A DNA stretch of 64,000 bases from an uncultured Ectothiorhodospiraceae bacterium (GCA_945787125.1 CALZHW010000001.1:8323-72322); one strand, 5' to 3'; positions 30,148 to 39,502 are shown, counted from the first letter of the stretch. Made by a program: numbers and translations. The notes: a model not told the origin generated them from the letters alone.

Positions 30148-31011
30148 TTACGCTTCAGGCTTTTGATATACCACGCCTTTCGGTGTACGAACCATAGTAA
30201 AAGCGTCAGTATATCGCATCGGTGTTTCGGAGCTGCCCAGAAACAAGTAACCTCCAGGATTTAACGCATGATACATTCTAGTTAAAATATCGGTTTTAAA
30301 TTCCGAGGAAAAATAAATCAAAACATTACGGCAGAAAATCACATCAAATTTACCTAAGGTGGCATAATTTTGTTGCAAATTAAGTAACTTAAACAAAACT
30401 CTATTCTTAACTTCTTGCACAAGCAACCAATCATTATTCATGGGCTTAAAAAATCGAGCTTTTCGTTCTTCGGAAATACCCCGATTAATCGCTGTATTAT
30501 CATAAATTGCTTGCTCACAAAATTTGAGCATCGCGGTCGAAATATCGGTGGCGATTATTTCAGACCCACTAGCAAATACACCCGGGTTATTCGCTATGTA
30601 TTCAGAAATGACCATACTAATCGAGTATGGCTCTTGTCCCGAAGCGCAGGCAGCAGACCAAACTCGCAGTGGTTTGCCTCTATTTTTTGCCAGTGTAGGT
30701 AAAAGTTCATTTTTAAACACTTCAAATGGATAAATGTCACGGAACCACATGGTTTCATTCGTCGTCATGGCGTTCACAACCTGCTCTTTTATTGAAGAGC
30801 AGCCAGGGCGAGTCAAATCTTCTAATAGCTCAGAATAACTTTCGTAATGTAGCTCTTGCATCAAGCGATTCAAACGACTAGTAATGAGGTAATGCTTGTT
30901 ATCCCCCAAGACAATGCCACTCGCCTGATTTAAATACACGCAGAAATCTGCATATTCTTCGTTTGAAATCACTCGTTCACCCAAGTTCTTCCCCGCTCGC
31001 TCTGTCGTCAT
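30148..31011 (-). CDS. cheR: chemotaxis protein-glutamate O-methyltransferase CheR
   Basis: SAM-dependent methyltransferase motifs (VWSAACASGQEPYSISMV; ATDISTAML). Start placed at the internal ATG (MTTERAGKNLGE...) so it does not overlap the cheV stop. The track ORF extends to 31125. Confidence 0.8.
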   Translation of the reverse strand: MTTERAGKNLGERVISNEEYADFCVYLNQASGIVLGDNKHYLITSRLNRLMQELHYESYSELLEDLTRPGCSSIKEQVVNAMTTNETMWFRDIYPFEVFKNELLPTLAKNRGKPLRVWSAACASGQEPYSISMVISEYIANNPGVFASGSEIIATDISTAMLKFCEQAIYDNTAINRGISEERKARFFKPMNNDWLLVQEVKNRVLFKLLNLQQNYATLGKFDVIFCRNVLIYFSSEFKTDILTRMYHALNPGGYLFLGSSETPMRYTDAFTMVRTPKGVVYQKPEA

Positions 31012-31027
31012 ATCGCTTAATAAAATA

Positions 31028-31996
31028 TCACAAGCCTCGTTTTGTAAGCACCGGAACGAATGCCTCAATTTGCTGTTCAACATTTGCCAATAAATCTTCG
31101 CCGTCAAACTTTGCCAGAAATCCATCTGCCTTCACTCGAGCAAGCAATGATGAATCAAAAACACCACTCAGTGAAGTGTGTAATAATATTTTTGTATCAT
31201 TATATAGTGCGTTTTTTCGCACTTCATTGGTTAGCGTATAACCATCCATATTAGGCATCTCTACATCTGAAATAATTAGCGCCAGTCGTTGATATTCCTC
31301 CTGATTGCTTTCAGCCCAACGGTTCAGCGTATTTAATGCTTCCTTGCCATCTTTGACTATTGTACACGCCAGTCCCATTCGCTCTAACACACGTTTTACC
31401 TGGTTCCTTGCGACACTGGAATCATCCGCGACTAAAACATGGCAACGACTTGCCACATCGGAAAGCTTATTGGGCTCTTCCCCCTGCTCAACCTCATTTG
31501 CACCCCATAAACCGGAAATTTCAAATAAAATTTTCTCTACATCGAGAATTTCTATCAGCTCTTCATCAACCCGGGTAACAGCGGTTAAGTAGTGAGAATT
31601 TCCAGCCACAACTGGCGGTGTATGTACTTCTTCCCAGTTTTTGTTAATGATGTGCTCAATGCGAGGCACCAAAAAACCTTGTATTTTCCGGTTATATTCA
31701 GTGACAATAATCGAACAGGCTTGCGGGTCTTCTACCGCTGGCATACCCAGAGCGTGCTGCAAATCAATAATAATAAAAGTGCTACCACGCATATTGGTAA
31801 CACCTCTAACGGATGGGTGTGATTGCGGAATTTTGGTTAACTCAGGACAAGCCACGACCTCACGCACTTTAAAGACATTAATCCCGTATCGCTGCTTACC
31901 CGTAAGGCGAAACAGTAATAGCTCCAATCGGTTATGCCCAACCAGTTGAGTGCGGGCATCAATATTATCCAACATTCCAGGCTTCATTTTATTCAC
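31028..31996 (-). CDS. cheV: chemotaxis protein CheV (CheW-like domain + receiver domain)
   Basis: 322 aa. N-terminal CheW-like domain, C-terminal receiver (HVLVADDSSVARNQV...LIISDVEMPNMDGYTLT...). Confidence 0.8.
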   Translation of the reverse strand: MNKMKPGMLDNIDARTQLVGHNRLELLLFRLTGKQRYGINVFKVREVVACPELTKIPQSHPSVRGVTNMRGSTFIIIDLQHALGMPAVEDPQACSIIVTEYNRKIQGFLVPRIEHIINKNWEEVHTPPVVAGNSHYLTAVTRVDEELIEILDVEKILFEISGLWGANEVEQGEEPNKLSDVASRCHVLVADDSSVARNQVKRVLERMGLACTIVKDGKEALNTLNRWAESNQEEYQRLALIISDVEMPNMDGYTLTNEVRKNALYNDTKILLHTSLSGVFDSSLLARVKADGFLAKFDGEDLLANVEQQIEAFVPVLTKRGL

Positions 31997-32057
31997 TGCC
32001 TTCTAATTCAATACTAATACATAGAACATTAGCGGTAAGCACTTCCTTTTCCTTTAA

Positions 32058-32122
32058 CCACTCTGTAGGAACGTGTATGAAATAACTTACCCATCTTCAG
32101 CCCGTCTTGGCAGTTTATTTCA
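32058..32122. repeat. Family-C hairpin repeat
   Basis: ggaacgtgtatgaaataacttacccatcttcagcccgtcttggcagtttatttcatacacgttcc: 18-bp perfect inverted arms. Lies in the divergent cheV/flgA intergenic region. Confidence 0.45.
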
Positions 32123-32124
32123 TA

Positions 32125-32140
32125 CACGTTCCATAGGCAT
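32125..32140 (+). promoter_or_regulatory. possible sigma-54 promoter for flgA
   Basis: AGGCATAATGCTTGCT (GG-N10-GC), about 45 nt upstream of the flgA ATG. Confidence 0.35.
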
Positions 32141-32186
32141 AATGCTTGCTTTGTTTTACCTACATTCAAATAAGCCAACGTGAAAC

Positions 32187-32897
32187 ATGAAAACTAACTG
32201 CATCTATCTATTTATCGTTACTAGCCTTATTGCAACTAACCTGGTCTGGGCTTCGGTCGTCGATTTTCACCCGCACTCAGAGATAGAAAATCGCGTTGTT
32301 CAGTTTGTAAAAAGCAACATTCAAGAGAATGAAAATATTGAAGTAGAAATCAAGTTGCGCGCTCTGGACTCAAGACTTAAACTTACCCAGTGCAGCATGC
32401 CTGTTGAAGTCTATATGCCACACAATAGTCGAGTCAACAGCCGTTTTTCTGTGGGTGTACGCTGCCAGTCCGGCAAACCTTGGAAAATTTATATCCCGGT
32501 AACGGTAGCCAAATATGCACAAGTGTATGTCTCAACTGCACCGTTATCGAAAGGTGATGTATTACAAGCCGAAGATCTACGGTTGTTAAGAACTGACATT
32601 AGCAAATTGCGCACCCGACCCATTACTGATGCAAACCAGCTAATTGGTATGCTGGTTAAACGTAGCATACCCACTGGTAGCGCGTTTACCTCGCGTCATT
32701 TAACGCACCGCTCGGTGATTAATAAAGGCGATCTAGTGGACATTGTTGCAACAATGAGTGGATTAAACATTCGAATGACGGGAAACGCAATGAGTTCAGG
32801 TGGTAAAGGACAGCGGATTCGGGTGAAAAACAGTTCTTCGAAAAAAACCGTTGAAGGAATCATTATTGATTCGAATACAGTGCAGATAAAGTTATAG
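32187..32897 (+). CDS. flgA: flagellar P-ring assembly chaperone FlgA
   Basis: 236 aa, signal peptide. C-terminal SAF/FlgA domain (...GDLVDIVATMSGLNIRMTGNAMSSGGKGQRIRVKNSSSKKTVEGIII). Confidence 0.75.
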   Translation: MKTNCIYLFIVTSLIATNLVWASVVDFHPHSEIENRVVQFVKSNIQENENIEVEIKLRALDSRLKLTQCSMPVEVYMPHNSRVNSRFSVGVRCQSGKPWKIYIPVTVAKYAQVYVSTAPLSKGDVLQAEDLRLLRTDISKLRTRPITDANQLIGMLVKRSIPTGSAFTSRHLTHRSVINKGDLVDIVATMSGLNIRMTGNAMSSGGKGQRIRVKNSSSKKTVEGIIIDSNTVQIKL

Positions 32898-32995
32898 GAG
32901 CTACTCATTCAACCACCTATTGATTGAATAACAAACCAATCGGACAAATATCGTACAATGCTTGAAAATAATTAGCGAATTTTGTAATTTAGTCC

Positions 32996-33022
32996 TAAAG
33001 TCTTAAACATTAAAACCGTAAA
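32996..33022 (+). promoter_or_regulatory. candidate sigma-28 promoter for flgM-flgN
   Basis: TAAAGTCT-N11-ACCGTAAA (consensus TAAAGTTT-N11-GCCGATAA), about 30 nt upstream of an AGGAGA RBS and the flgM ATG. Confidence 0.45.
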
Positions 33023-33060
33023 AGATAACGGAACAATTCGCATTCAAGCAGGAGAACAAC

Positions 33061-33381
33061 ATGGCGATCAATTCAATTAACAGTGCTATCGGCCCTAAAA
33101 GCCAATCCATTAACGAATCTAAAAATAACATTGCCCCGCAAACCAGCAACCAAACAAATCAGGTTGCCACTGGCGGAACAGGAGATACAGTAACATTAAC
33201 CGGAACAGCTTCTCAGCTCCGAACACTTGAGCATCAAATTGCGAGTTTACCCGTGGTTGATATGCAACGTGTCGAGTCAATAAAGCAACAAATTACCAGC
33301 GGCAGCTATCAAATTGACCCGTTACAGATTGCGGACAAAATGATTAAAATTGAATCTGCCATCAACAAGGGACTAACGTAA
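33061..33381 (+). CDS. flgM: anti-sigma-28 factor FlgM
   Basis: 106 aa. Conserved C-terminal sigma-28-binding region (VDMQRVESIKQQITSGSYQIDPLQIADKMIKIE). Confidence 0.7.
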   Translation: MAINSINSAIGPKSQSINESKNNIAPQTSNQTNQVATGGTGDTVTLTGTASQLRTLEHQIASLPVVDMQRVESIKQQITSGSYQIDPLQIADKMIKIESAINKGLT

Positions 33382-33873
33382 ATGAACGAATTATCTTTTC
33401 TGGAACAACTCAGCCGAGTACTCAACACGCAAATCAAACTCAGTGATGACTTACTTGCATTAGCAAAGCAAGAATACGACATTTTAAGCAGCAATGATGT
33501 GAGCTCTTTAGCCAGTATTGCAGAGCAAAAAAAGCCAATCATTGCTGATCTGGAAAACCTCACTCAAGCCTGGTTCGTCGTGCTAAAAAATAAAGGTGTG
33601 GAATTAAGCGGCGACGGCATAAACCAGTTTCTCAGAGAGATAGATGTTGCGAGTAATTCCCAATTGTTAACTACCTGGCAATTGCTACAAGAAAAAGCGA
33701 TAGAATGTCAGCAGAAAAATACTATCAATGGTTCAGTTATCGCCATGCGACAGCAAACAACCCAAAAAACCATTAACTTATTACGCGGATTTAACAGCGA
33801 ACATCATTCATACGATCACTTCGGCAACGAATCCAACACTTATTCAGGTGGTAATTCTCTAGCCAAAGCATGA
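33382..33873 (+). CDS. flgN: flagellar export chaperone FlgN
   Basis: 163-aa helical protein immediately after flgM (stop and start abut), which is the canonical flgM-flgN arrangement. Confidence 0.65.
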   Translation: MNELSFLEQLSRVLNTQIKLSDDLLALAKQEYDILSSNDVSSLASIAEQKKPIIADLENLTQAWFVVLKNKGVELSGDGINQFLREIDVASNSQLLTTWQLLQEKAIECQQKNTINGSVIAMRQQTTQKTINLLRGFNSEHHSYDHFGNESNTYSGGNSLAKA

Positions 33874-34514
33874 CCTTCTCGTTGTAGACGATTTAGGTCT
33901 TGCGGTGTATCAATATCCCACAATTGATCAGCCAAGGCCCAGCTCAAATTTGAGCGCTTTAGATTGCGTAGGGTTTGCTGCATTACTTCAGGTGTGCCCC
34001 AAGCTACTTGTGAAAAAACAATGGGTGCTATTCGCTTCGCCGCAATAAGCACATAACCACCATCCTCGGCTGGATTAAAAACCATATCGTTATTTTCCAG
34101 TAAGGACAAAGCAGTTAATATTGTCTCTTGATTAATCACCGGGCAATCAGTGCCAATCAACACGACACGCTCATATTTATTCAATGACGCTGTTATCGCA
34201 TGTAACATTCGCTCACCCAGATCACAACCTTGCTGCAAACAAAGCGCTAACTCATGCTGCTGTTTTATCTTTTCGAAAAACTCTGGCATATCATTACTCC
34301 CCAACCAAAGCTCAACTTCCCATTGAAAACTTGACCGTATGTCATCCGGTAAAACAGCGTTTATGGTATACATAACTAATGCGGCCTGAAAGTCAGCGGC
34401 GCCCTGCTCTCCCAACGCGGGAATTAAACGGGTTTTGGTAAAACCAGCAACGGGTGCTTTGGCAAAGATAATTACCAGGTTGGAATCAACAGATGACATG
34501 CACTTAATACTCAC
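33840..34514 (-). CDS. DUF2064 / TIGR04282-type nucleotidyltransferase-fold (MobA-like) protein
   Basis: 224 aa, VIIFAKAPVAGFTKTRLIPALGEQGAADFQAALVMYT...VLIGTDCP: the GT-A/MobA-like fold family that co-occurs with TIGR04283 glycosyltransferases and Cys-rich radical SAM proteins. Its 3' end overlaps the flgN 3' end by 34 nt (convergent). Confidence 0.55.
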   Translation of the reverse strand: MSIKCMSSVDSNLVIIFAKAPVAGFTKTRLIPALGEQGAADFQAALVMYTINAVLPDDIRSSFQWEVELWLGSNDMPEFFEKIKQQHELALCLQQGCDLGERMLHAITASLNKYERVVLIGTDCPVINQETILTALSLLENNDMVFNPAEDGGYVLIAAKRIAPIVFSQVAWGTPEVMQQTLRNLKRSNLSWALADQLWDIDTPQDLNRLQREGHALARELPPE

Positions 34515-34576
34515 TATTGGTGTTCAACGACTGTTCAACTAGCATTCAAGGACTCCGAAGGTGGCACCTTCCATCG

Positions 34577-34760
34577 CCCACAACATTCAAACTATCCTCC
34601 ATAATCAGCACTCGTAGTGGCAAGACTTTTCGAGAGTGTTCGCAGCAGGGATGCTGCCGTCAAGCCTACAGGGATTTATTCACGACGTCTCTCGGTAAGG
34701 TTTTGCCGCTACGGGTGCTAGAAGGCGGCACTTTTGCAACTTTAAATACTGAAGTTTAAG
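34577..34760. repeat. Family-A MITE-like element
   Basis: cccacaacattcaaactatcctccataatcagcactcgtagtggcaagacttttcgagagtgttcgcagcagggatgctgccgtcaagcctacaggg...gcacttttgcaactttaaatactgaagtttaag. Inserted between the GT2 and DUF2064 genes. Confidence 0.75.
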
Positions 34761-35444
34761 TTAATAATATTTCCTAACTAACTTATGCGGTGAAACACCC
34801 AAAAAAAACGCCAAACGCAAACGCCACATTAAAACAATCGTTTTCCAAATACCTTTTTGCTCCCAACGACGACTTGACGTCAGTACTTTTTGCGCCAAAC
34901 AAACCGGACGCGAGTTTTTTTTCAGTGAGTTAGACAGAGAAATATCTTCCATCAAAGGGATTTCTACAAAGCCCCCTAGCTTTTCAAAGACTGATTTTTT
35001 AACAAAAATGGCTTGATCGCCCGTGGCAATGCCGGAAAGTTTCGAACGCCAGTTGATCATAAATTCTATCAGGCGAAACATCCGGTGCCTACCTGATAAC
35101 TGCACATCAAATCGCCCCCAATCTCTCCTGCTAGTTTGCAGTGCGCTAAAAATAACAGTGTCAAACCTTGCTGGCAAACGGGTATCAGCATGCAAAAAAA
35201 GCAAAATTTCGCCAGTCGCTTTGCTCGCCCCAAGATTCATTTGCACAGCGCGCCCAGCATGACCGGATTCAAAAACTTTGTCAGTATAAGCTCGAGCGAT
35301 ATCCACCGTGTGGTCACAACTGCCGCCGTCAACCACAATCACTTCCAGACCATCAAGCTTGCATAATAACGCTAAACCAGTCGCGATAGTTTCCTGCTCG
35401 TTCAGCACAGGAATAATGATACTGAGCCGACATGTTGCAAACAC
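34761..35444 (-). CDS. GT2-family glycosyltransferase (TIGR04283-like)
   Basis: 227 aa, LSIIIPVLNEQETIATGLALL...EVIVVDGGSCDHT...LFLHADTRL: the GT-A DxD (VDGGS) and LHADT motifs typical of this small GT2 subfamily. Confidence 0.6.
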   Translation of the reverse strand: MFATCRLSIIIPVLNEQETIATGLALLCKLDGLEVIVVDGGSCDHTVDIARAYTDKVFESGHAGRAVQMNLGASKATGEILLFLHADTRLPARFDTVIFSALQTSRRDWGRFDVQLSGRHRMFRLIEFMINWRSKLSGIATGDQAIFVKKSVFEKLGGFVEIPLMEDISLSNSLKKNSRPVCLAQKVLTSSRRWEQKGIWKTIVLMWRLRLAFFLGVSPHKLVRKYY

Positions 35445-35451
35445 AGCGCGG

Positions 35452-36414
35452 TTATCCTAAAGCACCACCACAACTACTGCCCTGCCCTGCGGTACAACCA
35501 TAGCAATGATCCGCGATAATAATTGACTTGTCTTGCAACGCATCCACCTTGATATCATTAATATGCATTTTACCCTTGCCTGCTTTACGCATGGGTAAAT
35601 CCAGCATTTGATTGAAGTCGCAGTCATAAATATAACCCAGGTAATCCACACTGATCAGGCTTTTACACATGACAGAACTTAAGTTATCAGCCGAATAACT
35701 ATTGCGCAACAATTGCATATATTCACTGAACTGACCTTTGGAAATCAATGTACTGCCAAAACGTTTGATTGGCATATTCGTAATAGTAAATAAATTATTA
35801 AACACAATGTCGTATTTTTCTTGTAGTATATTTTTATAATCGCTTTCCAATTCAACCTGCGACGGTGGCAAAACAGGGCCGGTCGGGTTATAAACCAGAT
35901 TAAGCACTAAATCGCTATTGGCTTTACCGTATCCCAATGCATTTAATTTCTTCAACCCAACCATGCTGCCATCAAACACGCCTTTGCCGCGTTGTTTATC
36001 GACATTTTCTTGCAGATAACAGGGTAATGAAGCAACGACCTCGACTCGCTGTTCAGCAAGAAACTCCGCTATACCCTCATATCCAGGCTCACTGAGAATC
36101 GTTAAATTACAACGATCGATGACATGCACATCTAGCTCTCTAGCAGCAACCACCAGTGTTCGAAAATGCGGATTCATCTCCGGCGCACCACCGGTTAAAT
36201 CCAACGATTTTATGCGGTGTTTTTGCAGAAAAGCAATCACCTGCTGAATGGTTTCCAATACCATATTTTCTTTTCGCTTGGGGCCAGCATTAACATGGCA
36301 ATGCAAACACTGTTGATTGCAGAGGTAGCCTAAATTGACTTGCAACGTCTCCAGTTTATGGCGTTTAATCGCAGGAAAGTCAGTCACCTTGAGTAAAGGC
36401 AAAGTTGCATGCAT
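35452..36414 (-). CDS. radical SAM / C-terminal Cys-rich domain protein (ArsS-like, TIGR04167 family)
   Basis: 320 aa. CxxxCxxC radical SAM cluster motif (CNQQCLHCH) near the N-terminus and a C-terminal Cys-rich tail (DHCYGCTAGQGSSCGGALG). Adjacent to the GT2 and DUF2064 genes, the conserved trio. Confidence 0.7.
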   Translation of the reverse strand: MHATLPLLKVTDFPAIKRHKLETLQVNLGYLCNQQCLHCHVNAGPKRKENMVLETIQQVIAFLQKHRIKSLDLTGGAPEMNPHFRTLVVAARELDVHVIDRCNLTILSEPGYEGIAEFLAEQRVEVVASLPCYLQENVDKQRGKGVFDGSMVGLKKLNALGYGKANSDLVLNLVYNPTGPVLPPSQVELESDYKNILQEKYDIVFNNLFTITNMPIKRFGSTLISKGQFSEYMQLLRNSYSADNLSSVMCKSLISVDYLGYIYDCDFNQMLDLPMRKAGKGKMHINDIKVDALQDKSIIIADHCYGCTAGQGSSCGGALG

Positions 36415-36533
36415 GTTATTCTCCGGTACTTTACTGTTTTAATTACCATGCCCCAATAAATCGCTTGTTTAACGGGCAAATGTTTTTTATCCTGTAACGA
36501 TGATAAATCAGCAATCCAATTTATTTAATACAA

Positions 36534-36695
36534 CCTAGAATAATCAGTTGGCGCGAATTTTTAGTGCAAGATATTGAAGTGCATAGTGAATTCAAGAATT
36601 GCATGGTCACCTAATTGGTGATCTGCATATTTTTGAATTTGCTAGGCGCATCAAGAGCTTGTGCTAGAAATCGTGGTTCAACTGATTAATCTAGG
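36534..36695. repeat. Family-B MITE-like element (162 bp, 17-bp terminal inverted repeats)
   Basis: cctagaataatcagttg...caactgattaatctagg. About 96% identical to the copy at 47981-48142. Confidence 0.7.
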
Positions 36696-36743
36696 TTCAA
36701 CTATTCAATTAGATGCAACAGCCAATAAAATGTTACAAGCTTA

Positions 36744-37364
36744 ATGGACTATCCCGATTACACGCACGAACGCGTACTCATACAAGAACTTATCAACGGT
36801 GAAGAAGCGGCTTTTCGTCACGTGGTTAAACAGTATCACCAATCGATGCTTTATGTGGCACATTCTATCGTTGGTTCAGCGATTGCCGAGGAAGTCGTGC
36901 AGGAAGCCTGGGTTTCGGTGATTAAGGCTTTACCCGGTTTCGAGAGCCGCTCGGCGTTAAAAACCTGGGTTTTACGCATTGTCAGTAATTGCGCAAAAAC
37001 CCGGCTACGCAAAGAATCCCGCAGTATCGCCATGGGGGATGCCAATGACCTTGAATTTGCCGCACTTCCAGAGGCGCGTTTTCGTGAAAACGGTCACTGG
37101 GCATCAGCTCCCAGACGATGGAATATTGCATCCCCGGAAGCAATACTCGCCAGCGAAGAATTAAAAACTGTCATTTATACCGCGATTGAGTCATTACCCA
37201 TCATACAGCAAACAATACTGACTTTCCGTGACATGGAAGGCATGAGTATGGACGAAATTTGTAAGATTTTAGACATTAGTGAGTCTAATAGCCGTGTATT
37301 GCTGCACCGAGCACGTAGCAAAATTTGGCAAGCTATTGAGAAACATCAGGATGAGCCATGTTAA
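36744..37364 (+). CDS. ECF-type RNA polymerase sigma factor (sigma-70 family regions 2 and 4)
   Basis: 206 aa. Region 2 (LQEAWVSVIKALPGFESRSALKTWVLRIVSN) and region 4 HTH (MSMDEICKILDISESNSRVLLHRARSKIWQAIE). Confidence 0.8.
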   Translation: MDYPDYTHERVLIQELINGEEAAFRHVVKQYHQSMLYVAHSIVGSAIAEEVVQEAWVSVIKALPGFESRSALKTWVLRIVSNCAKTRLRKESRSIAMGDANDLEFAALPEARFRENGHWASAPRRWNIASPEAILASEELKTVIYTAIESLPIIQQTILTFRDMEGMSMDEICKILDISESNSRVLLHRARSKIWQAIEKHQDEPC

Positions 37365-37606
37365 GTTGTAAAGATATCAGTCAATTAGCCAGCGAAAACT
37401 TCGATAAGACATTATCGCCGATGCAACGAATGCAATTCAGAATGCATCTCTTGATGTGTCATAATTGCCGTCTATTTGTCAGTCAAATGGCCTTAACCAT
37501 TGAAACAATCGCTACTATTACCCCGCTACAACCCAATGACCCACAAATTCATGAACAAGCAACGAAGTTAATGGCTATTTCCAAAACGATGATAAACAAA
37601 GAATAA
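37358..37606 (+). CDS. zinc-finger (zf-HC2) anti-sigma factor
   Basis: 82 aa overlapping the sigma gene by 7 nt. H-x3-C-x2-C motif (HLLMCHNCR), characteristic of ChrR/RsrA-like anti-sigma N-terminal domains. Confidence 0.55.
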   Translation: MLSCKDISQLASENFDKTLSPMQRMQFRMHLLMCHNCRLFVSQMALTIETIATITPLQPNDPQIHEQATKLMAISKTMINKE

Positions 37607-37765
37607 AACCTATATCGCTCTGCGCCGACAAGATTCAGCTGATCTATAAAATTCGGTGTTTTTTTGATAAATCTGCTAAAATTGGCCCTCAAATTTCCCG
37701 CGTTTTACCAAAATAAGTAAAACGGTAAAGCCTATTACCAAACTAGTTCTTGAAGGAAGCAATGC

Positions 37766-39481
37766 ATGAGTAAACTCATTACCCCCCATGGCGGCAGATT
37801 AATCAACCTTTATCTTGCTGAAGATGATGTTCAGAAAGAAAAAGAGATGGCTCAGGAAATCCAATCCTGGGATCTCACCCACCGACAAATTTGTGATATT
37901 GAATTATTGCTCAATGGTGGATTTTCTCCACTAGACGGTTTCATGTCCGAGACTGACTATGATTCTGTGGTAGAAAATTTACGTCTGGCTGACGGCACTT
38001 TATGGCCCATGCCGATCACTCTGGATGTAAAAAAAGACTTTGCTGAACAAGTTTCTGTTGGCGAAACCATTGCCTTGCGCGACCAGGAAGGGGTACTGAT
38101 TGCCACCCTAACAATCTCTGATATATGGACACCCAACAAATCCAATGAAGCAACCAAAGTTTTCGGTGCTGATGATCTCGCCCACCCGGCGGTCACCTAT
38201 CTGCATCATCATGCCGGTGAAGTTTACCTTGGCGGTAAATTGAAAGGCGTTGAAGCGCCCAACCATTACGATTACAACCATTTGCGTGATACACCCGCTG
38301 AGCTTCGGACTAAATTTGAAAAATGGGGCTGGAAACGTGTGGTTGCCTTCCAAACACGCAACCCAATGCACCGTGCACACCAGGAACTGACCTTTCGCGC
38401 CGCGCAACAAGTAGAAGCTAACTTGCTCATTCAACCGGTGGTCGGCATGACTAAACCGGGGGATATCGACCATTACTCTAGGGTGCGTTGTTATCAACAT
38501 GTGCTCGATCAATATCCTCAACAAACCACAACACTGAGCTTATTGCCGTTGGCCATGCGCATGGGTGGGCCACGTGAAGCTGTGTGGCATGCACTGATTC
38601 GCAAAAACTATGGTTGCACCCACTTCATCGTCGGCCGTGACCACGCGGGACCCGGCAGCAACTCTCAAGGCGAAGATTTCTACGGTCCTTATGATGCACA
38701 GGAGATGGTTAAAGAGTTTGAGGATGAAATAGAGATCGAAATGGTGCCCTTCCAAATGATGGTATATGTGGAAGAAAAAGCCGAATACTATCCAATAGAT
38801 GAAGTCGATAAAGAAGCCAATACCGTGTTAAACATTTCTGGTACCGAATTTCGCCGTCGCTTGCAGGAAGGCCTGGATATCCCTGAATGGTTTACCTACC
38901 CTAAAGTAGTAGAAGAACTGCGCAAAACCCGTCCACCAAAACACCTACAAGGCTTCACGATATTTTTTACTGGCCTTTCTGGCTCCGGAAAATCAACCAT
39001 TGCGAATGCTTTATTGGTGAAACTTCTGGAAATGGGCGGTAGAAATATTACCCTGCTAGATGGCGATGTTGTCCGTCAGCATCTTTCAAGCGAATTGGGC
39101 TTTTCCAAAGAACACCGAAATCTCAATATCGAACGGATTGGTTATGTCGCGAGTGAAATCACCAAAAATGGTGGCATCGCTATTTGCGCGCCCATCGCGC
39201 CCTATACGGCGACTCGACAGAAAGTAAGAGATATGATTTCACCACTCGGTGGCTTTATTGAAGCGTATGTAGCTACACCACTAGATACATGTGAAGAACG
39301 TGATCGCAAAGGACTCTACGCCAAAGCACGCAAAGGTATCATTAAGGAATTCACGGGTATTAGTGATCCTTACGAAGTACCAGAAAACCCTGAGTTATCC
39401 ATCAATACCCAAGAGTATTCCCCTGATCAAGCTGCACAGCTGATTTTGTTAAAACTGGAAAAACTGGGGTTTATTAAATAA
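37766..39481 (+). CDS. bifunctional sulfate adenylyltransferase (ATP sulfurylase, Sat-type) / adenylylsulfate kinase (CysC)
   Basis: 571 aa. N-terminal ATP-sulfurylase (QTRNPMHRAH, GRDHAGPG motifs) fused to a C-terminal APS kinase P-loop (GLSGSGKSTIANAL). Confidence 0.85.
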   Translation: MSKLITPHGGRLINLYLAEDDVQKEKEMAQEIQSWDLTHRQICDIELLLNGGFSPLDGFMSETDYDSVVENLRLADGTLWPMPITLDVKKDFAEQVSVGETIALRDQEGVLIATLTISDIWTPNKSNEATKVFGADDLAHPAVTYLHHHAGEVYLGGKLKGVEAPNHYDYNHLRDTPAELRTKFEKWGWKRVVAFQTRNPMHRAHQELTFRAAQQVEANLLIQPVVGMTKPGDIDHYSRVRCYQHVLDQYPQQTTTLSLLPLAMRMGGPREAVWHALIRKNYGCTHFIVGRDHAGPGSNSQGEDFYGPYDAQEMVKEFEDEIEIEMVPFQMMVYVEEKAEYYPIDEVDKEANTVLNISGTEFRRRLQEGLDIPEWFTYPKVVEELRKTRPPKHLQGFTIFFTGLSGSGKSTIANALLVKLLEMGGRNITLLDGDVVRQHLSSELGFSKEHRNLNIERIGYVASEITKNGGIAICAPIAPYTATRQKVRDMISPLGGFIEAYVATPLDTCEERDRKGLYAKARKGIIKEFTGISDPYEVPENPELSINTQEYSPDQAAQLILLKLEKLGFIK

Positions 39482-39502
39482 ATCGTTTTTATTGATACTA
39501 TA

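Noticed and set aside
35452-36414. Annotating the radical SAM gene as a definite arsenosugar synthase (arsS)
   Set aside because: There is no arsM or arsenic-related gene in the window. Only the family architecture is supported, so function is left open.
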